Shown piece by piece: positions 29,608-39,451 of a stretch of 64,000 nucleotides of DNA. A program made the position numbers and the translations under genes. The DNA lies in sequence record SRR22947725_3552, one strand, 5' to 3'. The first letter of the stretch is position 1, and the number at the start of each line of letters is the position of its first letter. The notes under the pieces are model-generated. The model saw only the letters and a list, made by a program, of their open reading frames with translations, was not told where the DNA came from and did no database searches.

Positions 29608-30767
29608 AGATCGCGGTGGTAACACCAATACCAACTCCATATCGCGATGCATTTTGGAATGTGGTAGCAGCATTACCCGATGTCGAATTACATGTTCTTT
29701 ACTGCGCATCAGGGAAAGCTGATCGACCTTGGAAAAATTCATGGCAAATGAATTACCACCACGCATTTTTGAAAGGTTGGAATTTATTGGGCTGGAAATC
29801 GCGTGAAGCATCTCTTTATTTCAATCCTGAAGTCATCATACAGTTGAATCATATCCAACCAGAGAAGGTACTCATCGGAGGATATAATCATCTCACGATG
29901 TTACTGGCCATGGCATGGTCTGTTATAAATGGTCGTGATTTCTACCTGATGTGCGAAACGAACCATTTAGGGAAAAGTAAGGGCATTCGAAGTCGTTTAA
30001 AGAGGCTGTTCATAGAAGCGATCGGAAGAAAATCTGCGGGAGGATTTCCAACCGGAAAATCTGCTTCAAGATATCTGCAATTTCATGGCTGGAAAAAGGA
30101 TTCGCTCAGTTATCTTCCCAACGTTCCAGACATTAATGGCATCACAAAAAAACTAAAATTATTAAGGGCAGAAGGGGCGCAAATACGGTCAAAATGGAAA
30201 ATCAAAGACGAGAAAATAATCATCTATGTGGGTAGATTGATCAAAAAGAAGAATGTTGATCATTTAATAAAAGCAATTGCAAATATTGATCCAGAATCTA
30301 GATTAAATTTAGTTGTCATCGGGGGTGGTGACCAAGCCCAAGATCTTAAATCGCTTAGTCAAAAACTGGGAACGGAAAAAGTAACGCGATTTTTGGGCTT
30401 TCTGGAGCCAGAAGAGATATTGGAATGGTTTGCCCTAGCTAGCGTCTTTGTACTTCCTTCCAATGAGACGTGGGGCGTTGCGCCTATTGAGGCAGCTTCT
30501 GCCGGTCTGCACCTGATTTTGTCAGAAAGTGTGGGTTCGGCTTTTGAAATATCCGACCGCTATTCGAAAATCCATATCGTCCAGGAGGGAAACATCCAGC
30601 AATGGCAAACGACAATCCTGAATGCGATTGATTTGAATCATGACTTTGGCGAGAGGCAGCATGCCTCATCTTTATCCCAAAAATTGCTGCAAGATTGGAG
30701 CTATTCTACATTAGCATCCAGGATGCTCACTTTTTTGACATCCAAACGAAAGATATCTTTGGTTTAA
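29604..30767 (+). CDS. Glycosyltransferase family 4
   Basis: PTPYR, YVGRLIKKKN, FVLPSNETWGVAPIEA. Confidence 0.88.
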   Translation: MKIAVVTPIPTPYRDAFWNVVAALPDVELHVLYCASGKADRPWKNSWQMNYHHAFLKGWNLLGWKSREASLYFNPEVIIQLNHIQPEKVLIGGYNHLTMLLAMAWSVINGRDFYLMCETNHLGKSKGIRSRLKRLFIEAIGRKSAGGFPTGKSASRYLQFHGWKKDSLSYLPNVPDINGITKKLKLLRAEGAQIRSKWKIKDEKIIIYVGRLIKKKNVDHLIKAIANIDPESRLNLVVIGGGDQAQDLKSLSQKLGTEKVTRFLGFLEPEEILEWFALASVFVLPSNETWGVAPIEAASAGLHLILSESVGSAFEISDRYSKIHIVQEGNIQQWQTTILNAIDLNHDFGERQHASSLSQKLLQDWSYSTLASRMLTFLTSKRKISLV

Positions 30768-32033
30768 ATGACCAATGCTTCCAAAATATGGGCCATGGGC
30801 GCCGCGTTCATTGTCATCGCTCCGCTGTCAACAAGTGGCGGTGCCGTTGTAATTTTAAAATCGTTAAGATTGCTGACAACAGTGCTGGCGTTCTATTTTT
30901 CTGTCTCTAGCACCAAACTTCCAGAACGCCTAGGAGGAGCAAGGAGCTTGTTTAATTTCGTTTTTTTATTCACGCTTGCCGCTTTGTGGAGCGATTACCC
31001 CGTCATGGGGATGGTCAACAAAGGGATGTTATTTTTTACGGTTATGACTGGTCTGGCAATGAGTTATTCTGCTGTATCGGCTAAGGATTTATTAAAGAAG
31101 TTAAATATGATAGGATACGTTGGCGGAGCCTCTTCGTTGACCCTTGCCTGGGTGTTTATTACTAATAAAGAAGAAAATCTTGTGGGTGATCGCCTGGCCG
31201 TAGCCGGTATGAACGCAAACACGATAGGTGCCGCTGGGGCTCTGCTATTGTTATTAGCCGTTTATTTGGTATTCAAATCTAGAAAAAACATTCATAAAGT
31301 CATCCATCTTTCAAGTGCAGTCTTCTTATTGGCCATCGTTTTGGGAACCGGAAGCAGGGGTGCACTGCTGATGTCTGCAGTAGGTTTAATTTTTGTTCTG
31401 AAGCCTATTTTAAGCAAAAATGCCATGTCGATATTTGTGGTATGCCTGATACCATTTATAGTTTTACAAATATATGGAGCCATATCTACTAACGAAGACA
31501 CTGTAACCCCGGGAATTGATAGGCTTGCCAATATGAACATGGAAACCGAAAATACAAGGTCAGGCATGTGGAATTGGACCATAAAAAAGTTTAATGAATC
31601 TCCCGTGATTGGAAAGGGATGGCTGAGTTGGGGGGGAACCACTTCAGCGAACACCCACAACATCTATCTGCATGTATTGGCGGAATCCGGGGTCATCGGA
31701 GGCGTCGTATTTTTGGGCATGCTATTCCGATTGTTTTCTATCTATAGAGTGAACACCTCTTCCTTGAAGGCAGGAATGGATCCTTATGAGTTTACACCTC
31801 TGGGTGCAGGCATTTTAGCATCCGTGCTTTTGCATGGAATGGTTGAGAGCTCAACCATATTGGGATCAAGCACCAATGCACTTTTTTTGGGGATCTCAGT
31901 CGGGTTAATGGATCGGGCCAACATCCTTGATGATGATGATCGATCAACATTGAAAGATGAAAAAGATCAATACCACCCGTGGGCCTTTCAACGTGATCAG
32001 AATACTGCTAAGAGCCCGCCCACTTTAAATTGA
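30768..32033 (+). CDS. O-antigen ligase / Wzy polymerase family membrane protein
   Basis: About 10 hydrophobic segments; NANTIG, TGSRG, RSGMW...PVIGKG and HNIYLHVLAESG (Wzy_C-type motifs). Confidence 0.85.
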   Translation: MTNASKIWAMGAAFIVIAPLSTSGGAVVILKSLRLLTTVLAFYFSVSSTKLPERLGGARSLFNFVFLFTLAALWSDYPVMGMVNKGMLFFTVMTGLAMSYSAVSAKDLLKKLNMIGYVGGASSLTLAWVFITNKEENLVGDRLAVAGMNANTIGAAGALLLLLAVYLVFKSRKNIHKVIHLSSAVFLLAIVLGTGSRGALLMSAVGLIFVLKPILSKNAMSIFVVCLIPFIVLQIYGAISTNEDTVTPGIDRLANMNMETENTRSGMWNWTIKKFNESPVIGKGWLSWGGTTSANTHNIYLHVLAESGVIGGVVFLGMLFRLFSIYRVNTSSLKAGMDPYEFTPLGAGILASVLLHGMVESSTILGSSTNALFLGISVGLMDRANILDDDDRSTLKDEKDQYHPWAFQRDQNTAKSPPTLN

Positions 32034-33235
32034 AAATACTTCATGTCATTCATAGTTTGGACCCACGCTCTGGAGGTCCCAGCCACGCGCTATATGAGCT
32101 TTCTCGCGCCCAAGTAGATCAGGGTAACTCCGTGAGCATCATCGCTTCTGACAGACAATCAGGGGAGCAATGGTTTACCAGTTCCGATTATCTTAATTTT
32201 ATCAAGAACTCTCTTCCAGATGGCTTAACAAATTTATCAATAATACCAAGTTATGGTCGCTACAGACCTTGGGTGCGATATGCGTATTCGCCACAATGCA
32301 CCTCTTTTGTTTACAAGGCATTGGGTTGTCATTTGCACTCGTCGCCCACAATTGATTTTGTACACGTGCACGGGCTGTTCAGTCAGATCACTCAAAAAGC
32401 CACAGACATTTGCGGCCGATTAAAAATACCCTATGCGGTAAGACCCACGGGCGCACTGGACGCATTGCCTCTCAAACGAGGTTTCACATTGTTTAAAAGG
32501 ATTTTTCTCCGTTATCTTCTTAAAAATTCTTTGGAAAAAGCATCCTTTGTTCATGCAACCTCGGAATCAGAAGCTAGATCGTTGAAAAAACTAAACTTTG
32601 ATTTGAGTATAAATTCGGTTCCTCTTGGAGTCACAGTTCCAAACTGGGATCCCAAATATTACCAGTCAGTTTTTCACCGCAGATTCCCGGGACTAAAAGG
32701 CAAGCGTATCGTTTTGTGTCTTTCGAGAATACACCCAATAAAACGATTGGGATTGGCCTTGGAGGCATTTAAAAATTTAAGATTAAATTTGGGAGATTGC
32801 CAACTTGTTATTGCCGGCACTCCAACGAAACATCAACAATCCTTGGAAAAGTTGGCGAATGCATTGGGAGTCTCAAACCATGTTCACTTTACAGGTTTCT
32901 TGAGTAAGGATCTTAAAACTGGAGCCTTCTTCAGCTCGAGCGTATTTTTGCAGACTTCAGAACATGAGAACTTCGGCCTTGGAGTGATGGAATCAATGGC
33001 CCATGGCTTGCGTGTTGTTTGCACCAAGGGAGTTGCAGCCGGCAAGCATGTCGCATCCAGTCAAGGGGGATTGTTCGTAAATGACACTCCGGAAGCTGTC
33101 GCTCACGGCCTCTGTGATGTGATGAATAATCATCCATCCCCCTGTGATTTAAATTTAGCTCGTCGAGTAAGCAACTCATTTTCATGGGATGCAATCGCAA
33201 AGCAATTGGACGTTTACTATCGGCACTCGACTTAA
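32030..33235 (+). CDS. Glycosyltransferase family 4
   Basis: SGGP, HVHGLF, LSRIHPIK, SEHENFGLGVMESMA; TTG start overlaps the upstream stop. Confidence 0.88.
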   Translation: MKILHVIHSLDPRSGGPSHALYELSRAQVDQGNSVSIIASDRQSGEQWFTSSDYLNFIKNSLPDGLTNLSIIPSYGRYRPWVRYAYSPQCTSFVYKALGCHLHSSPTIDFVHVHGLFSQITQKATDICGRLKIPYAVRPTGALDALPLKRGFTLFKRIFLRYLLKNSLEKASFVHATSESEARSLKKLNFDLSINSVPLGVTVPNWDPKYYQSVFHRRFPGLKGKRIVLCLSRIHPIKRLGLALEAFKNLRLNLGDCQLVIAGTPTKHQQSLEKLANALGVSNHVHFTGFLSKDLKTGAFFSSSVFLQTSEHENFGLGVMESMAHGLRVVCTKGVAAGKHVASSQGGLFVNDTPEAVAHGLCDVMNNHPSPCDLNLARRVSNSFSWDAIAKQLDVYYRHST

Positions 33236-33281
33236 AGATAGCGCATGGGTATCTGTTCCATGAATAGTTGAAAACAACCAA

Positions 33282-34154
33282 ATGACAGTAACGGTAATCA
33301 TTGCCACAAAAAACGAAGAACAAAACCTTCGCAATTGTTTGGAGAGCGTAAGATGGGCTGATCAGGTCATTGTAGTTGATTCAGGAAGCACAGATCGAAC
33401 CAGAGAGATTGCTGAAGAATATGACGCTCATTTTCATGTATTCGAATACGAGGGAGGTTGGCCAAAAAAGAGGAATTGGGCAATAAATTTAGGTTTGGCA
33501 AAGCATCCTTGGATCCTGATTTTAGACGCCGATGAAAGAGTTTCTGCCTCACTTCGTGATGAAATCCAAGCAGCGATAAACACGAAACATTTTGACGGGT
33601 ATTACATAAAATGGAAATTTATTTTTCTTGGCAGATGGATGAAACATTCCTGGAGTCATGGCTGGATGATGCGTCTTTTCAGAAATGGCAAGGGGGAATA
33701 CGAAAATTTAAACATGACTGACGAAGGCGGGTGGGACGCCGAGGTGCACGAGAATGTAATCGTCGAAGGCAAATGTGGAAAATTGTCCCATTGCTTGGAC
33801 CATGATTCTTCTCATGGTTTGCACCGCTGGATTCATAAACAAAATGATTTCTCGACGTGGAATGCCAAGCGACGCATCAAACAATTGGACTCACCTCTTC
33901 CAGCGCTCCATCATTTTTTGTCGAACGATCCAGTAAAACGTCGTAAGTGGATGAAAGCCTTTTACCTTCGATTACCGGGAAAACCATTACTGATATTCTT
34001 TTATCTGTATTTTTTCAAAATGGGTTTTCTCGACGGGCTTGCTGGCTTTTATTTTTGCAGCATGAGGGCGTGCCATGAATTAAATATCAATGCAAAGTCT
34101 TTTGAGAATCAATTGGAGTCAATGAATCAACATAATGAAGATTCCTCAAATTAG
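33282..34154 (+). CDS. Glycosyltransferase family 2 (KdtX/WaaE-like)
   Basis: TKNEEQN, VVDSGSTDRT, KRNWA, ILDADE, VHE. Confidence 0.9.
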   Translation: MTVTVIIATKNEEQNLRNCLESVRWADQVIVVDSGSTDRTREIAEEYDAHFHVFEYEGGWPKKRNWAINLGLAKHPWILILDADERVSASLRDEIQAAINTKHFDGYYIKWKFIFLGRWMKHSWSHGWMMRLFRNGKGEYENLNMTDEGGWDAEVHENVIVEGKCGKLSHCLDHDSSHGLHRWIHKQNDFSTWNAKRRIKQLDSPLPALHHFLSNDPVKRRKWMKAFYLRLPGKPLLIFFYLYFFKMGFLDGLAGFYFCSMRACHELNINAKSFENQLESMNQHNEDSSN

Positions 34155-35802
34155 TGATCTCAATAGATTGTGTCACACCATTCGACATTTGCGCTGGCAA
34201 CAGGTATTTTTTCGCTTGAAGTACAAATTGCACTTTTGGGCCAGACCAAAGCAGTTAAAAGAAACCAATATTGAACCTGACTTGCTGAGCGATTACGCAG
34301 CGCTCCGTGAATTGAAGGTTCCACTGAAGGCACTATTCAACCGCGAAACCATCCTTGAAGGTCAATTCGAGTTCATAAATCTTAAGGAGCACATTGAATT
34401 CCCTCCCAAATGGGATTTCCCATCTCCCTACAAGCTATGGCGCTACCAACTACACTACTTCGAGTGGCTTTACTGCCTTGATTACATTGAAGCTAGAAAG
34501 TGTGTCTTAAGTTGGATTGAACACTACTCCTTTGAGCAAAATCGGGATGGATGGGAAGCCTACCCTACCTCACTGAGACTTATGTCTTGGAGCGTGTTCT
34601 TCATAGCTGTTCACCAGAGGGAGCTTTCCAACGACGAGTCCTTCTTAAATATATTGAGTCAGAGCATCCTGACTCAAGCTGTCTGGCTGGAAAGAAATCT
34701 CGAATATCATTTGATGGCTAACCACCTTTTGGAGAACGCAGCGGCACTTTTAGTGACAGGTTCTTTATTCAATGGCAACTCAGCACGCAGGTGGAAGGAA
34801 AAAGGATCCAAAATTCTCAAACAAGAGATACAAGAACAAATCCTTCCTGACGGCATGCATTTCGAGCGATCACCAATGTATCATTTGAGAATGCTCAATG
34901 TATTGAAGGAAACAAGGCTGTTGCTGAAATCGAACGAAGAAAATCATTTAAAACCGATTCTCCGTTCAATGGAGAAGGCTTTGGATCTAGTCAGGCACCC
35001 AGACGGAGACATTGCACTCCTGAATGACTCAAACCTGGGGGTTTATCCCCTCCCCCTCAGCTCTGACAATTCATTCAGCCCAATACCTGGGCCATGGAAA
35101 CTGCCCGATGCAGGTTATTATGGTTACCGTGGATCAGATGGAGAATATATCATCTTTGATGCCGGACCTATCGGGCCCGACTACAACCCTGGGCACTCGC
35201 ATGGTGACATGTTTTCATATGAGGTCACTTGGAATTACCATAGGATGGTCGTTGATACAGGAAACTTCGATTACGAACCTGGTTTGATGCGTTTTCATTG
35301 CCGGTCAACAAAGGCTCACAATACGGTTCAGGTCAACGAAGAGAATCAATGTGATTTTTGGGGCACTTTCAGGGTTGGAAAAAGGTTTCAACCAGAAGAC
35401 GTCAAATTCGCAGAAAAAGAAAATGGATTTCAGCTTGAGGCAACTCACAGCGGGTATCGCAGATTTCCTGAAAGAGCCGTGCATCGCAGGCTAGTAGATT
35501 TTCATGCTGGAAACCCTCTTCGCATACAGGATTGGATTCAAGCTGAAAAGTCGGTTCATGCGGTTTCCAGAATTCACTTCCATCCCGATTGCAAATGTCT
35601 GGATATGACGGCTCGGCAACTTGTCATCCGCAACGCCAAGGTTGATTGCATCATCGAATGGGATCGAGAATCAAGTGCCAAGCTTGAAGACTCTTTTTAT
35701 TGTCCTGAATTCAATACGAAGTTACCAAACAAGGTGCTGGCTTTGACTCAGATCGGAACTGATTTGAGGATTCATTACTCACTTAGATTTACGAAGGGAT
35801 GA
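34135..35802 (+). CDS. Heparinase II/III family protein
   Basis: LWRYQLHYF, YPTSLR, LEYHLMANHLLEN, DGMHFERSPMYH, PGHSHGD, RSTKAHNT. Confidence 0.9.
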   Translation: MKIPQISDLNRLCHTIRHLRWQQVFFRLKYKLHFWARPKQLKETNIEPDLLSDYAALRELKVPLKALFNRETILEGQFEFINLKEHIEFPPKWDFPSPYKLWRYQLHYFEWLYCLDYIEARKCVLSWIEHYSFEQNRDGWEAYPTSLRLMSWSVFFIAVHQRELSNDESFLNILSQSILTQAVWLERNLEYHLMANHLLENAAALLVTGSLFNGNSARRWKEKGSKILKQEIQEQILPDGMHFERSPMYHLRMLNVLKETRLLLKSNEENHLKPILRSMEKALDLVRHPDGDIALLNDSNLGVYPLPLSSDNSFSPIPGPWKLPDAGYYGYRGSDGEYIIFDAGPIGPDYNPGHSHGDMFSYEVTWNYHRMVVDTGNFDYEPGLMRFHCRSTKAHNTVQVNEENQCDFWGTFRVGKRFQPEDVKFAEKENGFQLEATHSGYRRFPERAVHRRLVDFHAGNPLRIQDWIQAEKSVHAVSRIHFHPDCKCLDMTARQLVIRNAKVDCIIEWDRESSAKLEDSFYCPEFNTKLPNKVLALTQIGTDLRIHYSLRFTKG

Positions 35803-37010
35803 AGATTCTTTTCTTGTCGCATTATTTTCCCCCGGAAGGAAATGCTCCAGCTACCAGAACCTTTGAACATACTCGCCGATGGGCAAACGCGGGTCACGAT
35901 ATCAAAGTGATTACCTGTGCCCCTAACGTCCCACATGGGCAAGTTTATCCAAATTTCAAAAATTCAATATACAGTCGATCGGTTTTAGAAGGAGTACACG
36001 TGTTGCGAGTCTGGACATACCTCGCAGCCAACAAAGGAAAAGGTCGTCGGTCACTAAACTATGTATCTTATTTATTCTCATCGGTGGTAGCGGGTTTATT
36101 TTCTTCGAAGCCAGATCTCATGATTGCAACCTCTCCTCAATTTTTTTGCGGATGCGCAGGAGCCATATTAGCGAAACTCAAAAATATACCTTTCATACTT
36201 GAGATCAGAGACATTTGGCCTGATTCCATCATTGCAGTGAATGCCATCAGCAATCAGAGAGCTTTGAAGTGGATGTTCATGCTGGAAAAATGGCTCTACC
36301 GGAGTGCAACGCATATTGTGACGGTAGGCAAAGGCTATAAAAAGGTTCTGCTCGAAAAAGGAGTCCCTCCTGAAAAGATATCAATCATTACGAACGGAGC
36401 AGACTTGAAGCGGTTTTTGCCAGCAAAGGTTGCTAAAAAGAGGAACTCCAAATTTATTTGCTCTTTTATCGGGACTTTGGGGATGGCTGCTGGCTTGGAA
36501 GTTGTCATCAGAGCGGCCCAATATCTGGATTCCATAGATGAATCAGATATAGTGTTTCACCTTGTTGGGGATGGGGCTGACTACGAGAACCTTTTAAAAA
36601 AAGTAAGTGATCTCAATATTAGAAGGATTCAATTCACAGGCTTGGTCAAAAAAGAGAATATCTCGGGTTATCTCGAGGAAACAGATGTTTGCCTGATCCA
36701 CCTTATTAAATCGGACTTATTCAAAACAGTGATACCCTCTAAATTGTTTGAAGCAATGGCATCAGAGGTTCCAGTTGTCATAGGTGTCCAAGGGGAAGCA
36801 GCTGCCATTGTGGAGGCCGCTCAGTGTGGGCTCTCATTTACTCCCGAAAACCATTTGGAACTTTGCGATCTTCTGATTCAACTCAGTAATGATCCAATTC
36901 TAAGGGCATCCATGGGGGAACAGGGAAGAGTTTATCTTGAGTCCCATTTTTGCCATGAACAGCTAGCAGATCAATATCTTGAATTGCTGCATAAGGTATG
37001 TCCGGCATGA
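35799..37010 (+). CDS. Glycosyltransferase family 4 (WbuB-like)
   Basis: HYFPPEGNAPATR, TSPQFF, EIRDIWP, PSKLFEAMA. Confidence 0.9.
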   Translation: MKILFLSHYFPPEGNAPATRTFEHTRRWANAGHDIKVITCAPNVPHGQVYPNFKNSIYSRSVLEGVHVLRVWTYLAANKGKGRRSLNYVSYLFSSVVAGLFSSKPDLMIATSPQFFCGCAGAILAKLKNIPFILEIRDIWPDSIIAVNAISNQRALKWMFMLEKWLYRSATHIVTVGKGYKKVLLEKGVPPEKISIITNGADLKRFLPAKVAKKRNSKFICSFIGTLGMAAGLEVVIRAAQYLDSIDESDIVFHLVGDGADYENLLKKVSDLNIRRIQFTGLVKKENISGYLEETDVCLIHLIKSDLFKTVIPSKLFEAMASEVPVVIGVQGEAAAIVEAAQCGLSFTPENHLELCDLLIQLSNDPILRASMGEQGRVYLESHFCHEQLADQYLELLHKVCPA

Positions 37011-37123
37011 AGAAAATCATTACTTTCGTTTAGTTGACCTATGCTCAAGACTATCTGCACGATTTCCCCAGTGAAGATACAAGCCATAACATATGAAAAC
37101 CTGCCAGCAGAAAGGATTTTAAG

Positions 37124-38608
37124 ATGAGATTCAGCTCAACCATGCTCTTTATCGAAGCGCTTACGATTTGTCTCTTCCTGACACCCTTGATGAGATGGGC
37201 TGGCACCCGATTGGGCATAGTCGATCAACCGGATGCCTATCGAAAATTCCATGCAGGTGTTATTCCACGTTGCGGTGGTTTGGCAATTTACATCAGTTTT
37301 TTGGTGCCTATTTTTATCTTTTTATTTTTCATTAAGAAAGAAAGTCTGCTTGCAGCTAGTAATCACTATCAAGTGTGGGTAATCGTGATTGGAGGTGGTA
37401 TTGCCATGCTAATGGGACTAGCGGATGACATATGGAATATTCGTGTTCGTTGGAAAATCCTGTTCCAGATCATCGCAGCAACAGTCGCCTATTCTGGTAA
37501 TTTACGTATTGATAACCTCTCTAATCCATTTGGATCAGCGATTGAATTGGGGTTTTTCTCCTATCCAGCGACACTTTTGTGGTTTTTTGTATGTATGAAT
37601 GCCATCAATATTTTCGATGGGCTTGATGGGCTGGCCGCTGGGGTTTCGCTCTTCGTTACGGTTACTTTGCTTGGTGTCAGTTTGACTTTTGGAAATGATA
37701 CAGGCGTTTTTATCAGTGCCTGTTTATCAGGCGCAATTCTGGGTTTTCTGGTATACAATTTCAGCCCAGCCTCCATATTTATGGGCGATTCAGGAAGCAT
37801 GTTCATTGGATTCGGAATTGCAGCGTTGAGTTTGGTTTCCAGTTACAAGGCGGAAACTGCAACTGCCCTTTTGATTCCTATCATCGCACTTTTTCTTCCG
37901 TTTTTTGATCTGATTTCTGCAGCACTCAGGCGGTGGTCTAAGTTTTTACCTTTGACCATGCCGGATGGGAAACATCTTCATCATGTCATGATGTCCAAAG
38001 GATTGAGCGCGAGAAGGACAGTGCTTTATCTCTATATTGTTTGTATTGTTTTGTGCGGTGCCGCTCTGATTATCGTGTTCTCCAGAGCCAGCGCAACTGC
38101 CACTATCGTGTTTATCATCGGAAGTGTTTTCATTGTTGGAAACCATTTCTTGAAGGTGGTGGATGTTAATGAAATACGGAGAAGGATTACTCATGACAAA
38201 CGGAGGCACCAATGGAACAAGGAACACGTTGCGCCGCTCATAAAAGCCACTGATCAAGTGAAGGCCTGCGAAAATTTAGACGATGCATGGCGATACTGTG
38301 TCGTTGCTTTCAAAAACCTTGAACTAAGCAGTGCGTCAATAAATGTGTTTGAAAATGGGGAATGGCATAGCCTCCGAGATTGGAAATACAATGAGTCATA
38401 CATATCTGAGAACCAAAAAAGCTCCGATCCATCAACTCCGTGGACATGGACTTTAGAATGCCCCATCGAACTTGCGAATGATACAAGGCTGATAGTACTG
38501 AAGTTGAAGGGGAAGAATGAGACTTCAGAGATAAGATCAATAATGCCGCTTTTGAATAACCTTGCAGTCGGTATGAACGAAAAGGATGGTTTATGCAAAC
38601 ATGTGTGA
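37124..38608 (+). CDS. WecA/TagO-type undecaprenyl-phosphate GlcNAc-1-P transferase with C-terminal extension
   Basis: DQPDAYRKFH...PRCGG, GLADD, NAINIFDGLDGLAAG, YNFSPASIFMGDSGS, HLHH. Confidence 0.9.
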   Translation: MRFSSTMLFIEALTICLFLTPLMRWAGTRLGIVDQPDAYRKFHAGVIPRCGGLAIYISFLVPIFIFLFFIKKESLLAASNHYQVWVIVIGGGIAMLMGLADDIWNIRVRWKILFQIIAATVAYSGNLRIDNLSNPFGSAIELGFFSYPATLLWFFVCMNAINIFDGLDGLAAGVSLFVTVTLLGVSLTFGNDTGVFISACLSGAILGFLVYNFSPASIFMGDSGSMFIGFGIAALSLVSSYKAETATALLIPIIALFLPFFDLISAALRRWSKFLPLTMPDGKHLHHVMMSKGLSARRTVLYLYIVCIVLCGAALIIVFSRASATATIVFIIGSVFIVGNHFLKVVDVNEIRRRITHDKRRHQWNKEHVAPLIKATDQVKACENLDDAWRYCVVAFKNLELSSASINVFENGEWHSLRDWKYNESYISENQKSSDPSTPWTWTLECPIELANDTRLIVLKLKGKNETSEIRSIMPLLNNLAVGMNEKDGLCKHV

Positions 38609-38653
38609 CTCCTACCTTTATCATTGAATTCGGTTCACCATATTAACTTTGTA

Positions 38654-39451
38654 ATGCAAATACGTTTTTCCAAATCATTGCTTGCGACAAGTTGTTTACT
38701 AATCATTCAATTTCATGCTGCAGTTCATGTAATACTTGCCCAGAATGACACAAGAAATTTGCCTACAGGGGGAGGCGGTGCTGTGGGGATGGGGGTCCCT
38801 ATTTCTAGAGAAAGGAGCTTAATAAACTTGATTATGCGATCTACTGGCCTGGGTAATAATGCAGACATTACAGGCTCTATTCTTAATCAAAATAAAATAA
38901 TTTCTGATTTACCAATGAATCAGGGGGAAGCAATTAGCTCGAGTTTTTTGCGTCACTACGGGCTTAAAGAACCATTGTCTGGAGATCGGTTCAATAGTAC
39001 TTCAAAATATGTGTCTCCTTACTCAAATAGTATACTAAAATTAGAGATGGATACTGAGGACATGGCCAGGAGAAGTGCGACTTGGTTCCAGTTCAAAGGT
39101 ATTGATGCGTTGAAACCTATTGGTCTAGCCGGTCTTTCTTATGACACGAACAGTAGCAATCAAAAGACAACGGTAGTGAGTGATTCAATCATTCAAATCT
39201 CACGTTTGAATTTTATCTTTAATTATGGAGAAAGGCCGGGATCGTCGACTATTGCTAATCTTTTATATCGACCTAGCTATTTAATGAATATAGCGGGCTC
39301 CAGGGTAAATGAGTTTGAGCAACAAATCATGTTTCAAGTTGGGCGCGAATTCCATCGCAATGCAATAGCCATGAACAGTCAGACCACAATAACGGCGGCA
39401 CCATTGCGCGAACTACCGGGACGTAGGAAGACCATTTTAAACACACCTTAG
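38654..39451 (+). pseudogene. Probably truncated outer-membrane beta-barrel protein of the polysaccharide-export-associated type
   Basis: Signal peptide; YDTN...SDSII and alternating-strand pattern (LNFIFNYG, LLYRPSY, FEQQIMFQVG); ends abruptly with no terminal aromatic residue, at the point where asnB-like sequence begins. Confidence 0.5.

Noticed and set aside
39424..39450. Simple 1-bp frameshift restoring a full asnB (EDHFK/THLSN)
   Set aside because: The alternative frame hits TAG at 39424-39426, and upstream DNA encodes the barrel-like protein, so no glutaminase domain can be recovered.
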